A stretch of DNA of 64,000 nt from Trypanosoma brucei. Lineage: Eukaryota. The stretch is from assembly GCA_000002445.1 (NCBI GenBank), contig CH464491.1, forward strand, positions 2,304,001-2,368,000, given 5' to 3'. The notes below the pieces were generated by a model that saw only the letters and a program-made list of their open reading frames with translations, made no database searches and was not told the DNA's origin. The position numbers were made by a program, and so were the translations under genes. How positions within the stretch are numbered: position 1 is the stretch's first letter; each line of letters starts with the position of its first letter. This document shows, piece by piece, positions 1 through 10,150 of the stretch.

Positions 1-835
1 CCCCCCTTTTCCCTCCCAAAACGTACACACGTGATTGAAGGCGGTAGATTCTCCCGTCACACATGTTCCTGCAGCACATGCCATTAAACTCCCAACAGCA
101 CTACGCGACACGCTTCGCCTTTACAGCAACGGAAGCGGGATGTCTCTCTGGTGACAATTACTGTTGCCCTTATATCCAACAAATGTTTGTGTGCTATGTG
201 TATCTTTAATGCTTCTTTTTTCCTTTCTTGCCTATTTGATCGTTGTTTATTAGCATTGTTTGCTTAATTTTCACTTATTGCTTTTTTTTTCCCCCCATAC
301 GATCGCGTGCGCGGTCCGTGGAAGTAGAGTACAATTCTTCCATAATAGCTTCAAAGAAGGACATTATTAATACGCAATGGAATTAAACTCGTGAACGGCT
401 TATGTCGCTTACTGAATTTCCATTCCCGTGCCGGGTGGTTATGACTCGTAATATAAGGAGGGAAAACTGCACGACGAGGTGAGGTCCGGTAATGACAAAT
501 TCGTTTCAAATATATTTTAGTTGGCTCCTCAACTTACCGGAGTTTGTGGAAAATGGCGAAAAGGTCTCGGTAATCTGTTGGAGTGGATTTGTTGAGAAGA
601 GGCCGGCGATTTTCTCCGCGAACGTCTCGATGAGTTTGGTAGGAGGAGATGTCTTCTACCTCACTTTTACGTTAGGGTTTAAACATTTTACTCTTTATTC
701 TTGTGAAGCTGTTGTTGTTGCTGTTGTTGCTATGGTGTGTCCTAAACTATAAATTCGTGATAGTTGACTTCGGTTGAAACGTAATATTACGTAACTATTA
801 TATCACTCTTTTTCCCCCACTCACCGTCTCGCCGC

Positions 836-1699
836 ATGAGTTTAGTAAGCGTCACAAATCGAATGACCTACCGTGCAGCTGTTGTTGATCTGGATGGCAC
901 CCTGTTAAATGAGAATCACCGTATCAGTGCTTACACTCTCGATACCATCCAAAAGTTATTAAAGCGCAATATTCCTGTTGTTATTGCTACGGGCCGCCCA
1001 CATCCCGATGTCTTTCACACAATAAAAAGCTGTGGCCTACAGGGAACCTATGTGATTACTTCCAATGGTGCACGTGTTAGTGACCCGCAGCTTAATGTCA
1101 TTGCCTCTTTTAACCTTAGCGAAGATGTGGTGTCGGAGCTAATTGGGCTCGGATCATCTGGGGAGGACATTCAGGACCCAAAAGAGGTACCGTACACAGT
1201 TAATTTGTTTCAACACGATGAGTGGGTAACAGATGCTGCAAGGGATGAGTTGCTTCTAATGTTTGCTTCTTCCGGTTTCCATTACAGAGTAGTGGATGAC
1301 TTGCAGGCCCACCAAAAGGATGGTGTGCATGAGCTTGTCTTCTTGGCACAACCAAATACTTTGCATTTGCTGGAGGGAGTTGTGAAGAAGCGCTTCGAGG
1401 GCAGGATCTCCGTCATGCGCTCCACATCAATTACACTCGATGTTGTCCACCACAATGCAAATAAAGCTACTGCTATGGCGAAGGTGGCTGAACTTCTGGG
1501 TTTGGAACTGAAGGACATTGTTTCCTTTGGGGACGGCATGAATGATGTCCAAATGCTTGCTGCCGCTGGAAAGGGTTATATCATGGGAAATGCACAACAA
1601 CGTTTAAAAGATGCCCTTCCACATCTGGAGGTTATTGGCACCAATGCGGAAGACAGCGTGGCGAAGAAACTTCGCGAACTGTTCAATATTGAAGACTAG
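836..1699 (+). CDS. HAD-superfamily hydrolase, Cof-like (subfamily IIB) phosphatase
   Basis: 287 aa ORF. HAD motif I 'VVDLDGTLLN' is near the N-terminus and motif IV 'GDGMNDVQML' near the C-terminus, with the Cof-type cap region between them. The codon usage looks coding. Confidence 0.8.
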   Translation: MSLVSVTNRMTYRAAVVDLDGTLLNENHRISAYTLDTIQKLLKRNIPVVIATGRPHPDVFHTIKSCGLQGTYVITSNGARVSDPQLNVIASFNLSEDVVSELIGLGSSGEDIQDPKEVPYTVNLFQHDEWVTDAARDELLLMFASSGFHYRVVDDLQAHQKDGVHELVFLAQPNTLHLLEGVVKKRFEGRISVMRSTSITLDVVHHNANKATAMAKVAELLGLELKDIVSFGDGMNDVQMLAAAGKGYIMGNAQQRLKDALPHLEVIGTNAEDSVAKKLRELFNIED

Positions 1700-2413
1700 G
1701 GGATGAGAACACATCCGCAAGCGATTATACATGTGAACAAATACACACATGAACACATAAAAAGAAAAAGAAAAATAGACACGCACGCGGACACGTGTGT
1801 GAATGTAAATTACATGTGAGTGAAGCTGTAAAGGGGTAAACCGAGCCGTGAATTTTACACCATTTCCGTGTGCCGTTTAGGAAGAAAAAATAAATTCTTT
1901 TCCTTGTGCGTGTTCCTTACACGACAAAATACGTGAAGCAAAAGAAAAAAAAGAAACAATGACCAGACCGAGGAGAGAAGAGAAGAGAAGAGAAGGAAGA
2001 AAGAGGTTGATGCGCTGGAGTTGTTCTCTTTTACTCGGCGTCGCATGTTATGCATCGGTGGCGCGTCTGCTGTTGCTGTTGCCTCATGGTATGAATATAT
2101 ACACAAATATGCCTCAACATCTGTTGTTCCTCGCTCACACACATACGCATTTCCTTTCCGTCCACGTATTGCCATACCATCCTTTATTGATAAACTATAT
2201 TAAAAGAAAAAAAAACATTTTCGTTTTTTTCTCTTGCTGCTACTCTCAGATGCATGAGAACTTATGAGGGGCACCTCCTCTCTTCCATGTGCACTCTGCC
2301 AAACTTCTGTTTCGTTTTGTTTTGCTTTACCGATGCTGATGCTGATACTGCTTCCCTTACGTTTCTGCATACTTGTATCATCCCGTCAGCTTGACACCAT
2401 ATTAATACGTAAA

Positions 2414-2416
<3 letters not shown>

Positions 2417-2452
<36 letters not shown>
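2417..2452. repeat. (AT)18 microsatellite
   Basis: Direct read. Confidence 0.95.
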
Positions 2453-2456
<4 letters not shown>

Positions 2457-2920
2457 ATGTAAGAAAACCTATACATATGCACGCTAATCTCTTTGTGCAC
2501 GTGTTTTGTTTTGTTTTCCTTTGTGCATTCTCCTTTTCTCTGTATTTTATCTGCCTGCCTCATCCCTTCGCCTCCCCTTCTACTCATGCGCATACCTGTA
2601 TATGTTTATTTACTCATATGTTTTCATTTATTTATTTCCTCCTGTCGTGTCCATACCATCATCTCGCTCCCTCTTTTTCATTCAGTCCCCCACCCGCATT
2701 TTTTTCTTTGTAAATTCATGCGGGATGAAGGAAATATGGGTGAGCTGATGGTGAGGATGGAAATGGAAGATGAACAAGAGAACAGGAGGGTTTATATAAA
2801 TGTAAGTGAATACAAATGTGTAAAATAATAAAAGAAAAACAAAAAAAAAATCCTTTTTTTAAAAAAAGAGAAGGGGCTGGTGTGGGAGTCTGACGGCGGC
2901 AAAGTTGGAGCAAAGGGAAG

Positions 2921-2953
2921 TGTATGTGTATGTATGTGTGTGTGTGTGTGTGT
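2921..2953. repeat. (TGTA/TG)n imperfect microsatellite
   Basis: Direct read. Confidence 0.9.
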
Positions 2954-3663
2954 CTTGGGATGTTGATGATGTGGCGTGACGAAAAGGTGGAGGTAGCCGA
3001 GAAAAACACTGAGAAAGGGAAAATGAAGTGAAATGAAACAAATTAATTAATTATTAATGAGTAAAGTTAATGGAGATAATATGGCAGAGCATTAAGGTCA
3101 GAGAGGGAGGTAGGTAAAATAAAGGGGAGCGTGTATGTATGAATATGTGTGAAGAAGAAGCATACATGTAGGGGGGAACTGTGCTCCATTTCTCTAACAA
3201 AAAGAACTTCGTCTTATACAGGATTTGTTCCAACCTACCGCTGAAGGAATAGTAGTTCATTCCCTCTCCCGGACTGGTGATTTAGCTTTACTGATTTTTG
3301 ACCCAATAAACGACTTGTTTCAGGTGTATGTACGTACATCTTTCTCCACGGGAATATTTGTAAGGGTTACCTTCCCAATGTTAAGTTACTTCTTGTAAAA
3401 CCCTATGCAATTTAAGGCAAAGAAAGTTTATTACGCATGTTTCCCCCTCTTTTGTATGATACTACCATGCCATATGTTGTTTGTAACACTTCCGTTAGCG
3501 ACAAAAGACCCGCTCTTTACTACCAAAATAACAAAATATCGCGGGATTTTAGCGAGCTTTGGGAAGAAAAGGCACTCGTGTATAAACTTTAGCCACTGGG
3601 TAGTGGGCATACTAAATATAGATTCAGTTTCATTACACACACGAAAGAAACGAAAAAGAAAAA

Positions 3664-4563
3664 ATGCATGGTGGCGCAAACTCTGCAGTGGCCTCTGTGC
3701 ATGTAGATCCGACTGCCCAGCTGCAATACAACAGGCAGCGGGGGACCGAAGCTTACGCGGAATGCGAATATTCTGACGGTTCTGCGGATGAGAACAATCG
3801 TTACCCCCAACGGGGGCAGCCGCCACAAACGCATGAAACAGCGGCCGTCTCCATAACGGACAACAGGCAGCAGAGCAACATGACACCACGTGCGCACGCA
3901 GGCGGGACCGGGGGCGGTGGCGGTGGCTCAACCATGCGACGCAATGTTATTAATAGGTTTGATTATGGAATCATATCACCTAGTGATGCACGCAGTCTGT
4001 TTCTAGGTGCATCCCTGCTCAACATCTTTTTCGCTATTCTTGGTACTTCTCTATCGCAACTCGACGAAGTTGGTGGTGCGTGTTTTACTTTTTGGGGTTA
4101 CAAAACGGATTGTGACTCGGTAAGTTACACTATCCGCACTCAACTTCTGCCGTGTGCACCCATTCGCGGGAGACTTCAGACTGGAGCCGCATTTTCTATC
4201 ATATCTATTTGCCTCTTGGCATCAATTATTTATCTTTATATCAGGTCTGCGTTGGCAAAGTACATGTCACAATATAATGCAGAGGGGCAAACTCCGGCAC
4301 GCAGGATGGAATCGCGTAGCGGCATCTTGCCAGCGGAAGACTCGATTGTGGCGAGTAATAAGTGGACTATTGTAGCGGTGGGTGGTGTTGTGGTATTGTG
4401 TGAGGTCATTAGTTGGGCAATGACTATAAGTGTGTACGTATCCCGTTTCTGTGAGGATGCCAGTTTGGATCGTAACAAAGTTTATGGACCTGGTTTCGCC
4501 CTTTTAATAGTGGGGACGCTGTTGTTTCTAATGGCGCTTGTAGTTTTCGCACTTAGGGCATAG
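3664..4563 (+). CDS. amastin-like surface membrane protein
   Basis: 299 aa ORF with a perfect amastin signature C-[IVLYF]-[TS]-[LF]-[WF]-G-x-[KRQ]-x-[DENT]-C, here 'CFTFWGYKTDC'. Four hydrophobic segments are spaced as in amastins. The true start may be an internal Met (MRRNVINRF..., near 3935), because the N-terminal 90 aa are hydrophilic and G-rich. Confidence 0.7.
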   Translation: MHGGANSAVASVHVDPTAQLQYNRQRGTEAYAECEYSDGSADENNRYPQRGQPPQTHETAAVSITDNRQQSNMTPRAHAGGTGGGGGGSTMRRNVINRFDYGIISPSDARSLFLGASLLNIFFAILGTSLSQLDEVGGACFTFWGYKTDCDSVSYTIRTQLLPCAPIRGRLQTGAAFSIISICLLASIIYLYIRSALAKYMSQYNAEGQTPARRMESRSGILPAEDSIVASNKWTIVAVGGVVVLCEVISWAMTISVYVSRFCEDASLDRNKVYGPGFALLIVGTLLFLMALVVFALRA

Positions 4564-5566
4564 AATCTCTCCTTGTGTGCCATTTAGGAGGTATTACGGT
4601 GAAAATTCTGTAGGAAGGTGGAAGGGAGGTGCATGTGTGTGTGTGTATGTGTGTGTATGTGGAGGGGAGAAGATTCGGTCCCACCCACGTTTGCGTATGG
4701 AGCAAGCTGCCAGGTAAACGAGAAAACTAAATAAATGAATTGTACCACCAAAGGGCAAGAAAAGGGGGGGAGGCATGCGGAAGTGGGGAGAAACGAGGTG
4801 GGATAAATAAAACAACAAAGAAAAACTGTACAACGGTGTCTACACTGGTGCCGAGCACTTCCCGAAGGGAAGAAATGGGAGGTTTGTTGTATGCTGGAGG
4901 GGAAGTGGAAGTGATCTCACTTTGATTTTGCAATTATTATACAATTTTACAAGAAAAAATGTTTTTGTTTTTCACCTCTCGGGTGTAGAGAAGTGTTTAA
5001 GAAAGGGAAGCCTCTCAACTGCGCACGCATATATGTTTGCATATAGACGGTATAAATTCATGCATACGACGAGCTCGTTTTATTTTAAATTTTAGTTTTC
5101 TCTCTTCCCTCTTCGGTTTGTTCCACCTTGTATTTTCATCCACATAACCCGCTTTCTGACATTTTTTTTCTCCTCCTTATGTTCTTTTGTATATCGTTTT
5201 GTAGTTTCCAGACTTCAGTGTTACTTTTTCCATTTTATTCCTTCCACCGCCCCCTCCCACAATTTTTTATGCCATTGGGCGTCTCACCCCGCCACCACGT
5301 GTTTTATCGCAATTGTAAATGAGAAGGTAATGCATGGAAGGAGGAAAGAGGGGGGTTATATTTAATATCAGCGTTTGTGTTTGTGCTTACCGCATTTCTT
5401 ATCTTTTAACGTATCTTTACTCTTTTTCTCTGATTATTTTCCATTCCCTTATTATTGCCTTGGATGTTTGGGAGAGGGAATAGGGGGTATATTTCTGCCA
5501 ATGGGGGGAGGGGGTCCTGTCGGGAGGCGGTACCAAACAAACGCCTCTGACGGGCTTTTTTATTTT

Positions 5567-5577
5567 GTGTGTGTGTG

Positions 5578-5609
<32 letters not shown>

Positions 5610-5630
5610 CGTGTGTGTGCGTGTGTGTGG
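5567..5630. repeat. (GT)n microsatellite with GC interruptions, about 64 bp
   Basis: Direct read. Confidence 0.95.
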
Positions 5631-5792
5631 AGACCGTTTCTGTATGACAATAGCCGTTAAGTTCCCCCAACTCACTTTGCTTACCGTTTGTTGTTACCGT
5701 TGTAGTAGTGGCATCTACTTTTCAGATTAAGATTTTGATTCTCTACCTCCTAGTGAGCTTCATCTCGCACACGCGTATAAAATATATTTATA

Positions 5793-5794
<2 letters not shown>

Positions 5795-5824
<30 letters not shown>
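5795..5824. repeat. (TA)15 microsatellite
   Basis: Direct read. Confidence 0.95.
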
Positions 5825-5827
<3 letters not shown>

Positions 5828-6167
5828 TTGCTATATTATTCTTTTTTTTGGTGAGCTCGGCAACCCTCAGGTGTGGCAAAATTATCCAATCTTGCCCTTT
5901 GTGGTGTGTTCTTACAAACTCAAGTACACAAGGTAGTAGTGGCACTAGGGTGCGGATGGGTTGGTTTGGCTGCGATTAGGGGGGAGGATAGCAACTGACG
6001 TTGGGCGCGACTTTTGAAACAACAACTGAGGTAATTTTCCTTTTACAAAACTAACGATAACAACAGTGACAATACGTAAACATACACTTTAGATTTCTGT
6101 TTATTAATAACTAAACATATATCACTCCACGGCGCAAGGTGAGAGTGTATAGCGAACGGGGGAAAGG

Positions 6168-7577
6168 GTGAAGATAAGGCACGACCCCAATCTTGGGAGA
6201 GTGCTCATGGAATCAAAACACCCCGAAGTGAGGGGGAAAACTCGCGCGGAAGCAGTGTTTGAGGAAACTGTGTTGGATGAAAGGGAGGAAAAAGAACATC
6301 CACATCCAAGGGACGAAAACAGCGCAAATGTTGTGGGGGGGCAAACCTATAAGTCGACTAATTTGAGTGATGTTTCCTTAACGTTGGATGTAACGGCACT
6401 CGGAGCGGGGCCGTCAGCGCGAGATGAGGCAACGCCCCCCGAGCCCCACTCGGAGGGTTCAGAGGCGCACTCCTCGGCGGCTGCTCCCGCATCAGAACCT
6501 TATGTGCACTCTATCAGTGAGCAGAAACCGGTGAAAGAGAAGGTATATCTGAATGGCAATGATTCCCTCCTCTCTGTTGATGTTGGGCGAAACAGCATTC
6601 CCCGTTCTTCCTCGCAGCATTCGGAATGCGTCTCCGCAGAAAAGGAAAAAGTTAATGTGGCAGAGGAAACGGAACAGCACGAGCCAGTTAATGGCAGCAG
6701 AGATAATTGTGCGGAGGAGAGGCGAGAGGAAGTAAGGGCGATATATGCCAAACTCCCCCTGTATCGATTTCCATGTGATTCAAACCAGTCACAGGAGTTG
6801 TCCCAAACGTTTGTACCATCACCAGCGGAAGCAACTACCTCCGCAGGATGTTGGGAAATGGGAGCATGTGCTACAACTGCGAGGCCCGCAGTAGCGGCGG
6901 GCAAACAACAGTGTGCGTATGTGAAGGGGCAACAGCTTCGAGCCACCAGTGATAGCGGACTTCCTCACTCTCAAAGCTCGGATGGAACCACCAGTGTCTG
7001 TACTCGCGCCCCTTCCGACCGTGCTACACTTCCTCAATGTCTTCACAATGCCTTAGTAATTTGTTGGAATACGGAGAGCCGTTGGCTTGTTGTAACATTC
7101 TGCACGTTCTTGGCTTTTCTGTTGACTCTTGTCGCTCACCCACTTTCGTTAATGGATGTTGTAGGTGGCGGCTGCTACACTTTTTGGGGCTACAAAAATG
7201 ACTGTGATAAGAGTACATACACTTACCGCACAGGTCTTCTTAAGTGTGTTGGCTTAAGGCGGGTGCTCAGTGCTGGGGTTGTATTCAACATATTAGCTAT
7301 AATTTTGCTCGCGGCGGCGTTGGGGTGCTGCATTTTGTTCTTGAAGAGAGATGTGTTCCACAAGTGGAATCTCGTGGTGTTTGTTTTGTTATGCTTAACG
7401 GCTTTAGTGCAATTAGTTTCATGGATGTTGGTTGTTACCATGTTTTTACTTCGCTTCTGCGAGGACACAAAACAACCAAGAAGAACAGCTTATGGTGTTG
7501 CGTTTGGTATGAACGTCACCTCCTGGATACTCGTCTTCGTTAGTTTAGTTGTCATGAAGGTATTTCCAAAGGGTTGA
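6168..7577 (+). CDS. amastin-like surface membrane protein with a long N-terminal extension
   Basis: 469 aa ORF whose C-terminal 170 aa carry the amastin signature 'CYTFWGYKNDC' and four TM segments. It is a paralog of the 3664-4563 gene. The N-terminal 300 aa are hydrophilic and E/S/A-rich, so the true start is uncertain. Confidence 0.65.
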   Translation: MKIRHDPNLGRVLMESKHPEVRGKTRAEAVFEETVLDEREEKEHPHPRDENSANVVGGQTYKSTNLSDVSLTLDVTALGAGPSARDEATPPEPHSEGSEAHSSAAAPASEPYVHSISEQKPVKEKVYLNGNDSLLSVDVGRNSIPRSSSQHSECVSAEKEKVNVAEETEQHEPVNGSRDNCAEERREEVRAIYAKLPLYRFPCDSNQSQELSQTFVPSPAEATTSAGCWEMGACATTARPAVAAGKQQCAYVKGQQLRATSDSGLPHSQSSDGTTSVCTRAPSDRATLPQCLHNALVICWNTESRWLVVTFCTFLAFLLTLVAHPLSLMDVVGGGCYTFWGYKNDCDKSTYTYRTGLLKCVGLRRVLSAGVVFNILAIILLAAALGCCILFLKRDVFHKWNLVVFVLLCLTALVQLVSWMLVVTMFLLRFCEDTKQPRRTAYGVAFGMNVTSWILVFVSLVVMKVFPKG

Positions 7578-8572
7578 AAGGGAGAAGGGTACTCTGAAGC
7601 ATTTTGTTTTTTTTCCCCCCTCATCCTTCACACTCTCAGCCCCTCTACCATCAATATTTGCTTTAATTTGTTTTGCTTTGTTCTCAGTTTGTCTGCTTGT
7701 CATAGCCTCCCATACATAAGCGGATGGAAAGAAGAAGGAATATGATTGATGTGTTTCTAAATTTCATTTCTGCCCGAAGCCGGATTCTACTTTTTTGTAT
7801 TCCCCTTTTGAGGCATATATGTAATATTCACGAAGGCAACGATCGGTGTCTGCTTATGTGCTATTGTTTATTGCGCTTCGTTGGTTGTTTGGCAATTTTT
7901 TTTCTGTTACTTCTATACACTTTCTTTTCTCTTCTTCTGCCATTTACCATACACAAACAATAAACATGTAAGGACTCGAAGAGTTTAAGGCATCCAGCTG
8001 ACAAAATTAAATATCATCAACTGATTTTACGGTGGTGTGACTATTTCGAAGTAAAAAATAAGAAAATAAAAGGAAGGAAAACAAGTGAGCACATACCTAT
8101 CCATAAATTACTTTTTATCGACTGTGTGAAGTATCACGCATTTGATTCCACCAGTCAGAGTAAGGAAGGAAGTGCGAGCGTGTAACAGAAGCGGAAGGTT
8201 TCATTCTTTTGTTGTGTCTGTGTAAAGCCTGAACTTCACCAAGGGGGAATAAAGAAGGGAAAAGAAAAAAGTTTCTTTCCTTTCTTTTTTTTTTTCGTCC
8301 TGCTACGACTGGGCGGCCGATATCCCCTCCAATTCAGGATTACTCCCACGAGGAGCAAATATATTGCGGAGGTGGAAGCTCAACAGTTACTACCGTTGTG
8401 AGAAAAGCAAGTGGGAAGAGAGATTGTTATCATTATTATTATTTATTTTCATCATTATTATTTTTCGACTGAAGGAGTCAGAGAGGAGCGGAAAGAAACA
8501 AACCAATAAGTCAACAAGCGGAGGAAAGGGAAAGAGAGAAGAAAGAAGGGGGTAAAGGCAGAACCAAGAATT

Positions 8573-9196
8573 ATGAGCGTGGGCAAACCTATCACACGTG
8601 ACTCTTCCAAACAACTCTGGCGGCACATCAAATCAAGTGGGGAAGAGGAGTTGACTTACACGCATAATCCATATGATGACTCCCCAAATCGCCGTAAGGA
8701 ACGGGAAAAATCTCTAAATGTCTGCCGTCACTACGCGGAGGGTCGTTGCAATCGCGGTAGCACTTGCCGTTTCCACCACGAGACGCGGCACAACATCATC
8801 GTAACGCCACACGTCACTCCCAAATTCTCAAGCATTGCCCCCCTCAAGGGATTACCAACATCACCGCTTGGAGCATATTTGAGTTCACCTCCCAACAGAT
8901 CGTGTAATGGTTGCTTGCTTTCGCCTACGCATCACAACAACAGTATGAGTTACAACAGCAGCACGAACAGTTCCATGAAAATATTGAGTGAATCCTCCAG
9001 CACTATTCCTCACCTTCAGCTTCCTGAGAGCTTATCAACTCACTGCCGCTCTTCCACTTATGTTGCGTCAGGTATGAATGGGGAGCAACCGCCCCATGAC
9101 GTTTTGATATTGAGTTCGTCGCTTGGTTCTTTGAATGTTGGCGATCATGTTTCCAGAAATAACGGCGGCTTTTTGCTTACTGCGCAGCAAAGGTAA
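8573..9196 (+). CDS. CCCH-type zinc finger protein (C-x7-C-x5-C-x3-H), probable RNA-binding
   Basis: 207 aa ORF. It has a single 'CRHYAEGRCNRGSTCRFHH' CCCH finger followed by an S/N-rich low-complexity tail. Confidence 0.6.
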   Translation: MSVGKPITRDSSKQLWRHIKSSGEEELTYTHNPYDDSPNRRKEREKSLNVCRHYAEGRCNRGSTCRFHHETRHNIIVTPHVTPKFSSIAPLKGLPTSPLGAYLSSPPNRSCNGCLLSPTHHNNSMSYNSSTNSSMKILSESSSTIPHLQLPESLSTHCRSSTYVASGMNGEQPPHDVLILSSSLGSLNVGDHVSRNNGGFLLTAQQR

Positions 9197-10065
9197 GAGC
9201 AAAGAAAAAAGAAAGAGAGAGAGACACCTCATTTCTGCTTGCCTTTACCTTGCCCGTCCTCTGGCTCTTCTTTTCTACTTTTTATTTCCTCTCACTAATT
9301 CATACTGTTCTTTCTTTTGGTAACTTCTTTTGTTTGTTTTTCTCGTGCCTTTCTTTTTTACTTTTTTTTTTGTGCTTCATCCTACTAAGATTCTTTATAT
9401 ATATATAATTTGGCTCTCCAGCTGGTATGGTAACAACACTTTATGATGGGCCCTCCAAAGGGCAATAAGTTGTTTGTCCACAACGAACGAGTATCTTTCG
9501 CTTGTGTTTGTTTTTTTTTAAATTAAAAAAAAAAATTTCCCGTTTTGTTTTGAGCGAAACGTTTTCGGTTGCTTTGTTGGTTTCCACGTTCCTTCGTTCC
9601 AATACATCTATATATATACTTGTATATATTTGTATATATGATTTTTTTTTTGCGTGCGTTTGAAGAATAACAATAGCGGTACCAGCATTGATATTACTAT
9701 TGTTATTTCGCTTACAAGCATCTTCTCGTAACTGGCGCCGTAGCAAAAAAAAATCTTAAAAAAAAAGAGAGAAAGGAAGGAAGGAAAATAAAACGAAGGG
9801 AAAGGGAAAGGAAACGGTAGATTATATTTCAATATGTTTGCATTTCAAAAATGACAACATGTTTCTGGTTCCCTTTTCACCTTTTACTTTTCGTCATTTA
9901 TAAACCCATCGGTTCGTTTGCTTGTTCGTTTTTTTTATTTTTTTCCTCCCTTGTTGATGCCGTGACAGGCTGCGACAGTAGATATATATAAATTACAAAA
10001 GTTGGCCCCTTTCCTTTTTTGTAAAAAAAATACCTTTCACGGTAAAAAAACAAAAAATAAATTTT

Positions 10066-10150
10066 ATCTATATCTATCTATATCTATCTATATATACATA
10101 CATGTACATATATATTTTATATATTTTATATATTTATATATTTATATATG
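10066..10150. repeat. compound (TATC)n/(TA)n/(TATATTT)n simple-sequence block
   Basis: Direct read. Confidence 0.85.

Noticed and set aside
1855-3260. Small ORFs on both strands between the HAD gene and the first amastin gene
   Set aside because: They are low-complexity and microsatellite-derived ((AT)n and (GT)n give YIYIYI and HTHTHT peptides) and not credible as genes.
6500-7218. Minus-strand ORFs (148, 75 and 64 aa) overlapping the 469-aa amastin-like gene
   Set aside because: They are shadows of a GC-rich coding region on the opposite strand. The + strand ORF has the diagnostic amastin domain.
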